From the IMG/VR virus record IMGVR_UViG_2565956925_000004, positions 6,955 through 70,954 of that record: a DNA stretch of 64,000 nt. One strand, given 5' to 3'. This stretch comes from a virus. Lineage: Duplodnaviria > Caudoviricetes. This document shows, one piece after another, positions 54,315 to 63,233 of this stretch. Under the pieces are notes generated by a model. That model had not been told where the DNA came from, did not search any database, and saw only the letters and a list, made by a program, of their open reading frames with translations. How positions within the stretch are numbered: position 1 is the first letter of the stretch; the number at the start of each line of letters is the position of its first letter. A program made the position numbers and the translations under genes.

Positions 54315-55822
54315 TGTTACTTAAATTTATTACGCCTTCTGTAATAGCTACGGACCCTTTGATTGTAATTGATCAAATGATTAGTTTCTTTAAACCAACG
54401 AAGTCCTTAACAGGGCTTTTACGGGGCAGAACTAATAATGTTAAGACAGCCAAAGGGGAAAAGATTTCTACTGTCTTCGCCTTAGTCGATATTGATCAAG
54501 TCATTGCGTCTCATACGGCGACAGGTGCAGAAAACCCAAACTATCCTCAAGAATTACAACCGCGAGATCGTAGCCGTGAATCATCACAAGCATGGGTACA
54601 TAAAACCGCTAATGATTTAGATCCCGAAAGCCTTGGCCGCTCAGGGCGGGCAGATACAGGAGCACCGATAACTGGAGACGATTTAGTTGTGGAGTCAGGA
54701 AACGGTCGAACCATGGCAATCAAGCTTGCATATGAGCAGGGCACCGCAGATGAGTATAAACAATGGTTAATTGATGAAGCCGATTACTTTGGTTTTAGTT
54801 CTGAGCAAGTACAGGCCATTTCTAAACCAATATTGATACGTATTCGTACCACTGAGATTGATAGAGCACAATTTGCTATTGATGCAAACCAAGATGATAA
54901 GTTGTCATTTACAGCTACAGAACGAGCTAAAGCTGATGCTAAACGATTAGATGATAATTTACTGGCTCTTTTTAACCCGAGTGAAGACGGTGATTTATTA
55001 GCAGTAAGTAATCAAAAGTTTATTCAAGGTTTTTTGACTAAATTAGGTGATACGGAAGCAGCCCAGTACACCACGAAAGATAAAAAACCAACACAAGCAC
55101 TGATAAACAGAATCAAGGCCGCAATTTTTAGTAAAGCGTACAATGATGATCGTTTGCTAGAAATGATGGCTGATCATACAAAACCAGATCTTCAAAACAT
55201 GCTTAATGCGTTGGGTGTTGCTGCGCCTAAATTTATTGAAGCACAAGCTATAAGTCGTGGAAATGTTCAAGATATATCGGATCAAATCGTTGAAGGTATG
55301 GAGCAAGCCATTGATCAACGTGTTGCTAATGCAATTATTGATGCAGCAAATACCATTTTATCTGCAAAGCAAAATGATCAAGATATTGTTGAGTTTGTAA
55401 AGCAGCAAGGGCTTTTTGAGGATCTAGGGGAAGGTGTTGCTGAGCTCGCCGTGTTTCTCGCCAAGAATAGCCGCAGTTCAAAAAAAATGAGTATGTTATT
55501 TAAAGCTTTAGCTGAATTTGCAGAGAAACAGGCTATAGTTAGCAGTAATGTAGGTTTGTTTGGTGAGCCTGAACCAGTAAGTGTCAAAGATGCTATCCAA
55601 TATGCACAACAAGTGCTTGGTGATGATTTCATTAGTGTGCAAATGTACGATTCTTTGATTGAGTCTAGTAGCTCATGTAGATCTAAAATAATTCGATTAA
55701 CCAGAGAAGGGGCCGAACGTTTCCACAATGCTTTGAAAATTAAAATTACTCAAGTTGATGACATTGAAAAAACAGAAGTGAACAAAATTAATGACATTCT
55801 TTTCGAAGGGTTAGATATTTAG
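54314..55822 (+). CDS. ddrB: DdrB-like ParB-superfamily protein
   Basis: NP.YPQELQPRDRSR...L.SGRAD.GAPI..D.VVESGNGRTMA; downstream of darA as in P1. Confidence 0.75.
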   Translation: MLLKFITPSVIATDPLIVIDQMISFFKPTKSLTGLLRGRTNNVKTAKGEKISTVFALVDIDQVIASHTATGAENPNYPQELQPRDRSRESSQAWVHKTANDLDPESLGRSGRADTGAPITGDDLVVESGNGRTMAIKLAYEQGTADEYKQWLIDEADYFGFSSEQVQAISKPILIRIRTTEIDRAQFAIDANQDDKLSFTATERAKADAKRLDDNLLALFNPSEDGDLLAVSNQKFIQGFLTKLGDTEAAQYTTKDKKPTQALINRIKAAIFSKAYNDDRLLEMMADHTKPDLQNMLNALGVAAPKFIEAQAISRGNVQDISDQIVEGMEQAIDQRVANAIIDAANTILSAKQNDQDIVEFVKQQGLFEDLGEGVAELAVFLAKNSRSSKKMSMLFKALAEFAEKQAIVSSNVGLFGEPEPVSVKDAIQYAQQVLGDDFISVQMYDSLIESSSSCRSKIIRLTREGAERFHNALKIKITQVDDIEKTEVNKINDILFEGLDI

Positions 55823-55826
55823 TTCT

Positions 55827-55890
55827 GGAACCTACTCAAAATTAAGTACTTACGATCATTCAACATAGGAATATAAAGTTCCTATGTTGA
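55827..55890 (+). promoter_or_regulatory. GGAAC-N30 element, copy 14
   Basis: GGAAC 55827-55831, (C)AACAT 55862-55866, 12-bp hairpin TCAACATAGGAA/TTCCTATGTTGA, ATG 55898. Confidence 0.75.
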
Positions 55891-55897
55891 GGGATAT

Positions 55898-58800
55898 ATG
55901 TCCATCTTAAAGCTCAAACCAATCACTAAAGACACTGTATTGGTTGCGATTTATTACATGATTGATTTCATGCATTTTCAGAGCAATATTGCTCGGTTTT
56001 TCCTTCTTATCATCCATAAGCAAATAGAACTTAACTTGTCTGTAGCGAAGCAAGCATTATCCTTTGCACGTCAAGAAAGTGACTTTCCAAAATTGGATGA
56101 AGTAGTTGAAGTCTTATATGCGGAAGCTATCAAAAACATTGATGAATCAGTTATTGAACACCTAAATAACGGTTCGAGAAATGTTATTGAGCAGTTGGAG
56201 ATTATTGTCTCCCTTTTTGCATGTGAAAAAGAGCTGAAGCCATACACAACTAAAAAGAATAAAACGCTACAGGTTATTGGTCTAAAAGGCATCAAATTAA
56301 CAAAAGCTAAAGAATATGACCCTTATGCCTTTTATTCTCAGGGTGAAATTTTAGTACGTTCAAAACATCTTAAAGCCATTCCAGACTCACTTCTTTCCGA
56401 AGATCAGCAACTAGTAAAAGGGTTATTCTCCTATGTATCAAATACCAATTCAGATGTGGAATCAGTTGGCGAATTTCGTTTCAGATCCAGAGGACCAATT
56501 GTTTCTGCAAATGGATCAGGAAAAAATGAACTCGAGACTGCAGAAGCAATCAGAAATGATGGAGAAACTGGGGATCTCAGAAACAGTAGTACTGGCTTAT
56601 CAAAAAGTGATGATGCAAGTTTACTTGGCGGCCGAAATCCAAGAAATGAATCTTCAGATGGAGATAGTAGAACCAGTACTAACCGGATTAACAGCAGCGG
56701 AAGCGGTGAACTATCTGGTAAGAGATCATCTCTTAAACGAGCAAGAGATCGATCAATTGTACAAACTGCTAAATCAGTTAGAGCTGCCATAGATGAAAAG
56801 CTGGAAGCTCAATTAAAAGCAGATAATGTTGAAACTGTTTGGAGTGATGCTTCAAATATTGATGAAGCTTTGCCATATCTACAACCTGCACAGCGTGGGG
56901 ATGTTTTTAAAACGGAAAAGCACTTAATCGAGGAAAATAAGAAGGGTATTCTTTTTACAAATGGCACAGGTACAGGCAAAACCTTTACTGGGCTGGGTGT
57001 TGCAAAGCGTTTTATTAATGCTGGTCTTAAGAATATTTTGATTGTTACCCTAAACGATAAAATCGCTAATGACTTTGTAAAAAGTTCAAGTCCTTTGCAT
57101 ATAAAGGCTTATAAATTAAAAAGCATTAAAGATAACGGCGGTGATGAGCACTCAGTAGTGGTCACAACATTTGCTAATTTTGGTCAAAACACAAGTTTGG
57201 TTCATAAACATTGGGATCTTATTTTAATTGATGAAGCCCATACTCTTTCACAATCATCTGATGGTAAATCAACTGCAGCCTTAAACAAGCTACGAGCATT
57301 AACAGGTCATTTGCGAGGTTTTAATGAATGGTTTGATAATAAATTTGAAGATCAGATGCCTACTGAAGAACTCGATGAAAATGGCAAAGAAACTGAACAA
57401 TACCTAACTGCTTATAACAAAATGCAGGTCCTTAGAAATGAACAAAGAAAAATCTGGAATCTGAACTGGAAACACCAGAAAAGTAAGTGCAAAGTTGTTT
57501 TCTTATCTGCTACGCCATTTAGTTATCACTTTTCACTTGATTGGGCGGAGGGCTATTTATTTGATTATATGTCACCTTCTGTATCTATTGATGACCAAGG
57601 TAATTTAGCAGAAGGTTTTGGTAAGGCTCGAGAGCACTTTTATATGGGAAATCTTGGATATCGAAAACGATATGGAAAGTTGACCCGTCCAGAGGCCAAG
57701 GTGGATACGGGTGTACTTGAAAGACAGTTTGCCGAAAATCTTAAAAACACTGGTGCCATGTCTGGACGCGATTTAGAAGTTAATTTTGACTATGATCGTA
57801 AATTTATTCTAATAGGCTCTCGTGTTGGTGAACTTATTGATGAAGGTTTAACTTATCTTCGCAATGGTTATAAAGAAATCGAAGGACATAAAACACGAAC
57901 TTTTGAAGAATGGGCTGCTCAGACCGGAAAACCAACAACAGGCTGGGGACGTCATGCATCGATGCAAGAATATGATCGTTTATTCACTGGAAATCGTTTT
58001 AAAAACATATACGAAATTATTGCAAAGCGATTTGATTATTTAGCAAGACGCCGTTTGTTAGAAGCTATTAAAGCTGAAGCTTGTGTTGATATGGTGAAAA
58101 AGCACTTAGCATTAGGCCGTAAAGTAGTTATTTTCCATGATTATAATGAAGGTGGTGGTTTTGCACCTTTCTTAATTAGTCAGTTTGATATCGAAAAATA
58201 TGAGAGCCATTTAAGAGATGATATTGAGCTTGAATATAATTCATTCAAGGAAAATCGCCCAGATCTAGTGAATCTCAATCTTGACTACGATTCACCAGTT
58301 GAGACTTTAAAGAAAGCATTTCCAAATGCTCTATTATTTAATGGCCGCATTTCAAAGCAACAACGTGAATCTAATGTAGGGTTATTTAATACAGATGGTA
58401 GCGGGCACGATATTCTTATTCTGCAGTCAGATGCTGGTTCAACTGGAATTAGCTTGCATGATACGACTGGTAAACATCAGCGAGTTCTAATTAATATTGG
58501 GCAGCCAACAAAGCCTGCCAAGTTAAGACAGACAGAAGGGCGTATCTATCGAACAGGACAGGAATCGAATGCTATTCAGAGATACTTAACCACTGGTACT
58601 GCATGGGAACGTGCAGCATTTGCAGACACGATTGCTGGACGTGCAGAAACGGTAGATAACTTTGCAAAAGGTGCTGACGCTGTAGTAAGTATCAAAGAAG
58701 CGCTAATTCAGGCTTATGAAGATGCAAAATATGAAGAGCCTAGTCATAATGATGGTATTGGTGGTAAAGCATATGATGAAGAAAATGCCCGTATTGCTAA

Positions 58801-59728
58801 GCTAACGCCATTTGATCAAGCACTAACGTTCTACTATGCAAAAGGCAAACGTTCTGAAAGTCGTGATAACCGTGAAGGTAAGGAATGGTATGCAACGCCT
58901 GAACCACTTGGATTCAAAATGATTGAATGGGCAGGGGTGCACACAGGTGATTCCGTGCTTGAGCCAAGCGCTGGTGATGGCGCTATTGGTCGATTTGTTC
59001 CGCAGGATGTAGAACTGACAATGATTGAACCGACTGAATCTTTAGCTAGTCGTGCTCAAATGGCTAACACTGGTGCAAAAGTAATTGTTGATACATTCGA
59101 GTCTTTAGAAACTTTAAATAAGTACCATGCGATTGTGATGAATCCGCCATTTGGTCATGCTGGTTCCTTGGCAATTCAACATATCAAGAAAGCTTTTGGT
59201 CATCTTTATGATGGTGGGCGTATTGTTGCATTGGTACCACGTGGTTCGATGGATTCAAAAGTTGACGAATTTATTGAAAGCACACCTGGTGCAATTATGA
59301 CAGCTGAAATTTGGTTGCCTCAATCAACCTTTAAAAATGCTGGTACCGCCGTTTCAACTCGCATCATCATTATTGAAAAACATGCAGGCGCTAATGATGT
59401 TCCAATAACACGAGAATTAGACTTTACGCACCTTACAAGTGTTGAAGACCTCTTTTCAGAAATCCGTGACATCGCAATGCCTCCTAGAAAACTACGCATT
59501 GATGAGCAGCTTGCTAAGTATGAACTTTATGTCAGAACTGAACGTAGTAAGTATGTTTTCAATGGTGACGGCGTTGATAAACCTCAGATTAAGAATATCA
59601 TGTTGAAATTCTGGGGCTCAGAAGTTAATGAGTTTGATGAAATTGTTATGCCATATAACAAGTCTGCTGAAATCATTAAGAAGATTGATGAATTTGAGCA
59701 AGAAAACAATATTAAGCTAGCTGCATAA
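55898..59728 (+). CDS. DarB-like SF2 (strawberry-notch type) helicase plus adenine methyltransferase fusion
   Basis: GTGTGKT, DEAH, SAT, GSTGISLHD, QTEGRIYR; MTase motif I LEPSAGDG and motif IV NPPF. Confidence 0.85.
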   Translation: MSILKLKPITKDTVLVAIYYMIDFMHFQSNIARFFLLIIHKQIELNLSVAKQALSFARQESDFPKLDEVVEVLYAEAIKNIDESVIEHLNNGSRNVIEQLEIIVSLFACEKELKPYTTKKNKTLQVIGLKGIKLTKAKEYDPYAFYSQGEILVRSKHLKAIPDSLLSEDQQLVKGLFSYVSNTNSDVESVGEFRFRSRGPIVSANGSGKNELETAEAIRNDGETGDLRNSSTGLSKSDDASLLGGRNPRNESSDGDSRTSTNRINSSGSGELSGKRSSLKRARDRSIVQTAKSVRAAIDEKLEAQLKADNVETVWSDASNIDEALPYLQPAQRGDVFKTEKHLIEENKKGILFTNGTGTGKTFTGLGVAKRFINAGLKNILIVTLNDKIANDFVKSSSPLHIKAYKLKSIKDNGGDEHSVVVTTFANFGQNTSLVHKHWDLILIDEAHTLSQSSDGKSTAALNKLRALTGHLRGFNEWFDNKFEDQMPTEELDENGKETEQYLTAYNKMQVLRNEQRKIWNLNWKHQKSKCKVVFLSATPFSYHFSLDWAEGYLFDYMSPSVSIDDQGNLAEGFGKAREHFYMGNLGYRKRYGKLTRPEAKVDTGVLERQFAENLKNTGAMSGRDLEVNFDYDRKFILIGSRVGELIDEGLTYLRNGYKEIEGHKTRTFEEWAAQTGKPTTGWGRHASMQEYDRLFTGNRFKNIYEIIAKRFDYLARRRLLEAIKAEACVDMVKKHLALGRKVVIFHDYNEGGGFAPFLISQFDIEKYESHLRDDIELEYNSFKENRPDLVNLNLDYDSPVETLKKAFPNALLFNGRISKQQRESNVGLFNTDGSGHDILILQSDAGSTGISLHDTTGKHQRVLINIGQPTKPAKLRQTEGRIYRTGQESNAIQRYLTTGTAWERAAFADTIAGRAETVDNFAKGADAVVSIKEALIQAYEDAKYEEPSHNDGIGGKAYDEENARIAKLTPFDQALTFYYAKGKRSESRDNREGKEWYATPEPLGFKMIEWAGVHTGDSVLEPSAGDGAIGRFVPQDVELTMIEPTESLASRAQMANTGAKVIVDTFESLETLNKYHAIVMNPPFGHAGSLAIQHIKKAFGHLYDGGRIVALVPRGSMDSKVDEFIESTPGAIMTAEIWLPQSTFKNAGTAVSTRIIIIEKHAGANDVPITRELDFTHLTSVEDLFSEIRDIAMPPRKLRIDEQLAKYELYVRTERSKYVFNGDGVDKPQIKNIMLKFWGSEVNEFDEIVMPYNKSAEIIKKIDEFEQENNIKLAA
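56433..56792 (+). CDS. Candidate overprinted 119-aa helical protein (+1 frame inside the DarB-like linker)
   Basis: ATG start with AAAGGG upstream; amphipathic-helical composition; exactly spans the disordered S/G/R-rich linker of the main frame. Confidence 0.5.
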   Translation: MYQIPIQMWNQLANFVSDPEDQLFLQMDQEKMNSRLQKQSEMMEKLGISETVVLAYQKVMMQVYLAAEIQEMNLQMEIVEPVLTGLTAAEAVNYLVRDHLLNEQEIDQLYKLLNQLELP

Positions 59729-59822
59729 GTTTAGATTGAAAAATACGCTCTTGATGAGCGTATTTTTATGAGCTTATTGATTCGAAAATATAAAATTTAT
59801 AAATATTATAACTTTGACGAAT

Positions 59823-60887
59823 TCATAATTTAGGAAATAAGGAACTTACACGTGCACCTACTATACTTCGTGAAAGTAAAAATTTACCTTTTATTATTTC
59901 AATAATATTCCCGTCTTTATCCAAACTGAAATGAGCAATTTTGGGATGGTTAAATAAAAAATCAGGAATTGGATATTTAGCACGAGGATTATGAAAAATA
60001 TACAAACCATCAAAGACCGATTCTGAATACTCTGATTTAGGAATGCCATTATGAATATCTGGGATTAACGTGTCCTCATTTACTTCATCCCTAGTGTAAA
60101 GCGCATTAAAATAGGTATATTTATTTGCTTCAGTTACTTCAGCTAATGCTTGCACTTTCCCCCAATTAGCATACGGGTTATAAAATACACCACTAATATG
60201 TTCATACTCTGAAGTTGTAAAAAAACCGAGGGGAATTTCTGCTCCATTATCTTTCTCAATAAAATCCATTCTTTCTCTTGGAATGTAGTTGAGTTCATCC
60301 GAAATCGCCCTTTCTTCATTAAGATAAATTCCATATAGGACTGCAATTAAACCGCGATGACCTATAAAGTGGGAATGAGGACGATCAAAAGAATTAAGAC
60401 CTATAATAAAAGGTTTACCAACTACATGTGGATATTTGCAATAAGATTTTGTATATTTTTGAGATTTAGTGACAATAGAATTGGCAATTCTAATAATTGA
60501 TTTCCTATTGAACTCTTTAAAGTCTATATTGAAATTTAAATAGTCTTCTGAAAAACCATATGCTGGTGACCCATCTTGTTCAGGATTTGCAATAGTCGCT
60601 TCAATACAAAAAGATGAATTATTTTTGTTGCACACAAAGTCTGGCGCATTATGTTTATAGTCTATATCAATATTTTCTGATTTAAGGATTTTATTTAGAT
60701 ATAATTCCATCAAAGAAGATTCAAAAGTAGTTTGGAATTCTTTTACAAATTTATTATCTCTATCAACAAAACCATCTGCCCAATCTAAAATTACATTCCT
60801 TTCAGCATACATTGCTTCATTTGATAAAAATTTAAAAATATAATGCTGTTTTTCAGTTTCAACAATTGGTGTGAATAAATCTAACAT
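59823..60887 (-). CDS. PD-(D/E)XK-like nuclease-fold protein (candidate defence moron)
   Basis: FVDRDNKFVKEFQTTF...ELYL...APDFVC.....IEATIAN; AT-rich; opposite strand. Confidence 0.6.
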   Translation of the reverse strand: MLDLFTPIVETEKQHYIFKFLSNEAMYAERNVILDWADGFVDRDNKFVKEFQTTFESSLMELYLNKILKSENIDIDYKHNAPDFVCNKNNSSFCIEATIANPEQDGSPAYGFSEDYLNFNIDFKEFNRKSIIRIANSIVTKSQKYTKSYCKYPHVVGKPFIIGLNSFDRPHSHFIGHRGLIAVLYGIYLNEERAISDELNYIPRERMDFIEKDNGAEIPLGFFTTSEYEHISGVFYNPYANWGKVQALAEVTEANKYTYFNALYTRDEVNEDTLIPDIHNGIPKSEYSESVFDGLYIFHNPRAKYPIPDFLFNHPKIAHFSLDKDGNIIEIIKGKFLLSRSIVGARVSSLFPKL

Positions 60888-61013
60888 TTTTAAATTCTCA
60901 AATAAAAGCTTAAATAAATAATTTCAATTCCATCATACTAAAAAATTGCTCACAATCAACTTGATACAAAAATAACTAATTATTTTTTTAATATTTTTAG
61001 TCGATGTAATGTT

Positions 61014-61075
61014 GGAACAAAGCTAATAAACGGTCTTATTTTTTAATTGATAATAACTTTATTTTTATGAGTTAG
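61014..61075 (+). promoter_or_regulatory. GGAAC element, copy 15 (spacer 31)
   Basis: GGAAC 61014-61018, (G)ATAAT 61050-61054, ATG 61085. Confidence 0.7.
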
Positions 61076-61084
61076 TACTTAAAT

Positions 61085-61897
61085 ATGTCCAAAGCTTTAG
61101 CTTATGCACCAGCTGTGAATACAGCAAAAACTAAGTTGCCAAGTACTGAGTCAGATCCTTTCTACGGTTCTATTTCAAAGCACAAATACGCTGAGTTTTC
61201 TCTATGTGATAAAGATGGAAACGCAATTGCATCACCAGTAATTAGAGCATTGCTTACTGAAGGCGACAAAAGTATTGAGAGCCAATGGCAAACACCTTTT
61301 GAAAACAGTAATCCAGAATTAAAAATGCCTATGCTCATGGCTAATCTTCAAACTGGACAAATGCTACAAGCTGCTGCAACGCTAGGAGAGAACTCACCAT
61401 TCATTTCAGCATTAAGTGATATGGCTTCTGGTCCTTTAGCAACTGCTGAAAGCGCACTTAAAAGCGTTGAGGGACGCACAAATTTAACCAAAGTGAATAC
61501 AACTCAAGTATTCCTATCTACCTCTTCAGTACGTCTCAATTTATCAATCTTTTTCTTGGCTTTTAGTGATGCGAAATCAGAAGTTGAAGACAGAATTATG
61601 CAATTGGAGGCATGGAGCCTGCCAGTATCATTATCCTCTGATTCTACGCTGCAAAATGTCGTTAATGATTCAAATACAACCTTAGAAGGTTTGTTTTCAG
61701 GGGTTATCCCACCTTTTGTATCTCTTACTACACATGGCAAAACTTATAAACCTTTTATTATTGAAAGTGTTTCAGCACCAATAGTTGCACCAATTGATGA
61801 AAAAGGTAACCGGTTAAGTTTAGCCGTCAATATTAGTTTAATGAGTCGAACTGCATGGGACTCAAAAGACATTTACTCATTATATGGAGGCAACTAA
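61085..61897 (+). CDS. Putative baseplate/tail-tube initiator protein
   Basis: W.TPFE, F.A..DA..EVE.....L..W..P, IESVS.P..AP.D..G pattern. Confidence 0.5.
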   Translation: MSKALAYAPAVNTAKTKLPSTESDPFYGSISKHKYAEFSLCDKDGNAIASPVIRALLTEGDKSIESQWQTPFENSNPELKMPMLMANLQTGQMLQAAATLGENSPFISALSDMASGPLATAESALKSVEGRTNLTKVNTTQVFLSTSSVRLNLSIFFLAFSDAKSEVEDRIMQLEAWSLPVSLSSDSTLQNVVNDSNTTLEGLFSGVIPPFVSLTTHGKTYKPFIIESVSAPIVAPIDEKGNRLSLAVNISLMSRTAWDSKDIYSLYGGN

Positions 61898-62592
61898 TGA
61901 TTACATTTGATCCTGTGCCAGTTGGTGAAAATACCTTTCTAATGCAAGAGCTGAGTTTTGAACAGTGTCTTAAAATTTCAATCATTGCACCAAATTTTAA
62001 TGAAAAAAGACTTACAGCTTTTCTTAAGTCAGCTTTAGACAGTGGGGACCCTTTACTTTTAACAATTCAGGAACGTTATCTGCTTCTGCTTAAGTATCTT
62101 GAAAAACAAAGTAATACCATGTTGGAAGTGAATACAGACTGGTCTAAAGTTTTCCTTCAATCAGAAAATAATTGGAAAACTGAAATTACTCAAAATGGAG
62201 TTACGGTTAGACAGCTCATTGGAATGGAAGCGGAGTTCTTAGAGGCAAATTGCAAGAATGTCGCTGAATGGATTGCCTGCATGATGTCATTTCAGTTGAG
62301 TTATTCTAATCATGAGCACTTAGCTTTATTACCCGATAGAACAAAACCTCAATTATTTGAAGAACAATTTAAGCAGCGGCTAGATTTTATTAAGAAAATG
62401 CCAGCTAGTGATTTTGATTTGTGTTATCAGGATTTTAATAATTTAAACAATGAGTTGTTTACTCATTTAAGGTTAAGTGTTGATAACCACGGGATATTAG
62501 TAGAAAGAGGTGCAGATGACGCGCCTGCACGATTTCGCATCGCTTCCGTTTTTACAGGAATCATCAAAGAGTTGGACCGATCTTTTGCTTGA
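61897..62592 (+). CDS. Putative baseplate hub assembly chaperone
   Basis: GGAGG RBS; LT.QER..L.L.Y; VRQL.G..AE.LE. Confidence 0.5.
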   Translation: MITFDPVPVGENTFLMQELSFEQCLKISIIAPNFNEKRLTAFLKSALDSGDPLLLTIQERYLLLLKYLEKQSNTMLEVNTDWSKVFLQSENNWKTEITQNGVTVRQLIGMEAEFLEANCKNVAEWIACMMSFQLSYSNHEHLALLPDRTKPQLFEEQFKQRLDFIKKMPASDFDLCYQDFNNLNNELFTHLRLSVDNHGILVERGADDAPARFRIASVFTGIIKELDRSFA

Positions 62593-62803
62593 GACAGCAA
62601 GTAGTATTTCTGAAAACTGCCCAATGCCTTTATCAGATGCGTTGAAAATGCCTTTGAGTTTTGAAAGTACTTATTTCAATTCATCAGCATGGGAAACCCG
62701 TAAGAAGAATCTAGAAAATGACATCGAACGTCACAACGCTTTTATAAAGTTGGGTCAGGAAGTCATTAAAGGTCTTAATGCTTTAGCTAGTAGAAGTCGA
62801 TAA
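62510..62803 (+). CDS. Small chaperone-like ORF overlapping the previous gene in +1 frame (start uncertain)
   Basis: Open frame ends before the terminator at about 62820-62845; DALKMPLS.E..YF motif. Confidence 0.5.
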   Translation: MQMTRLHDFASLPFLQESSKSWTDLLLETASSISENCPMPLSDALKMPLSFESTYFNSSAWETRKKNLENDIERHNAFIKLGQEVIKGLNALASRSR

Positions 62804-62858
62804 AAAATTAATAATTAAAAAGCCTGAATTATTCAGGCTTTTTTTGTGCTTTGTATTT

Positions 62859-62927
62859 GGAACCATACTCCATTTTGAACAATAACACTTGCAAAAATAG
62901 CTACAAATGAAATCTGGGGAATAGGCC
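62859..62927 (+). promoter_or_regulatory. GGAAC-N30 element, copy 16 (lysis operon)
   Basis: GGAAC 62859-62863, AAAAT 62894-62898, ATG 62928. Confidence 0.75.
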
Positions 62928-63233
62928 ATGTCTGAGCATCAGACACTTGAAATCACACTCACTAGCTTTGCCAATAAAACAACTTTTTTGAGTGGCATTG
63001 CTAGTGCAATTGGTTCTTTAGCATCTTTCAATTGGTTGAGCTATACAGGTGCAATTGTTGCTATTGCAGGCCTATTCATCAGCTTTGTTTTTCAGTGGAG
63101 ACGTGATCGTCGGGAACGTAAGGAAAGTGCACTTCGTGAAAAAGTGAGCAAATTACGTGAACAAGAAAGCGAACTGCGTATCAAGGCTCTTTTAAATGAG
63201 CAAATGAATCAACAAAAGAGGAAAGATGAATGA
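62928..63233 (+). CDS. Holin-like membrane protein
   Basis: Hydrophobic segments followed by a highly charged C-terminus; precedes the endolysin. Confidence 0.7.
   Translation: MSEHQTLEITLTSFANKTTFLSGIASAIGSLASFNWLSYTGAIVAIAGLFISFVFQWRRDRRERKESALREKVSKLREQESELRIKALLNEQMNQQKRKDE

Noticed and set aside
56431-56790. Minus-strand 119-aa ORF in the DarB-like gene
   Set aside because: Ser/Leu/Pro-rich antisense shadow of the dual-coding region; no expression signals seen
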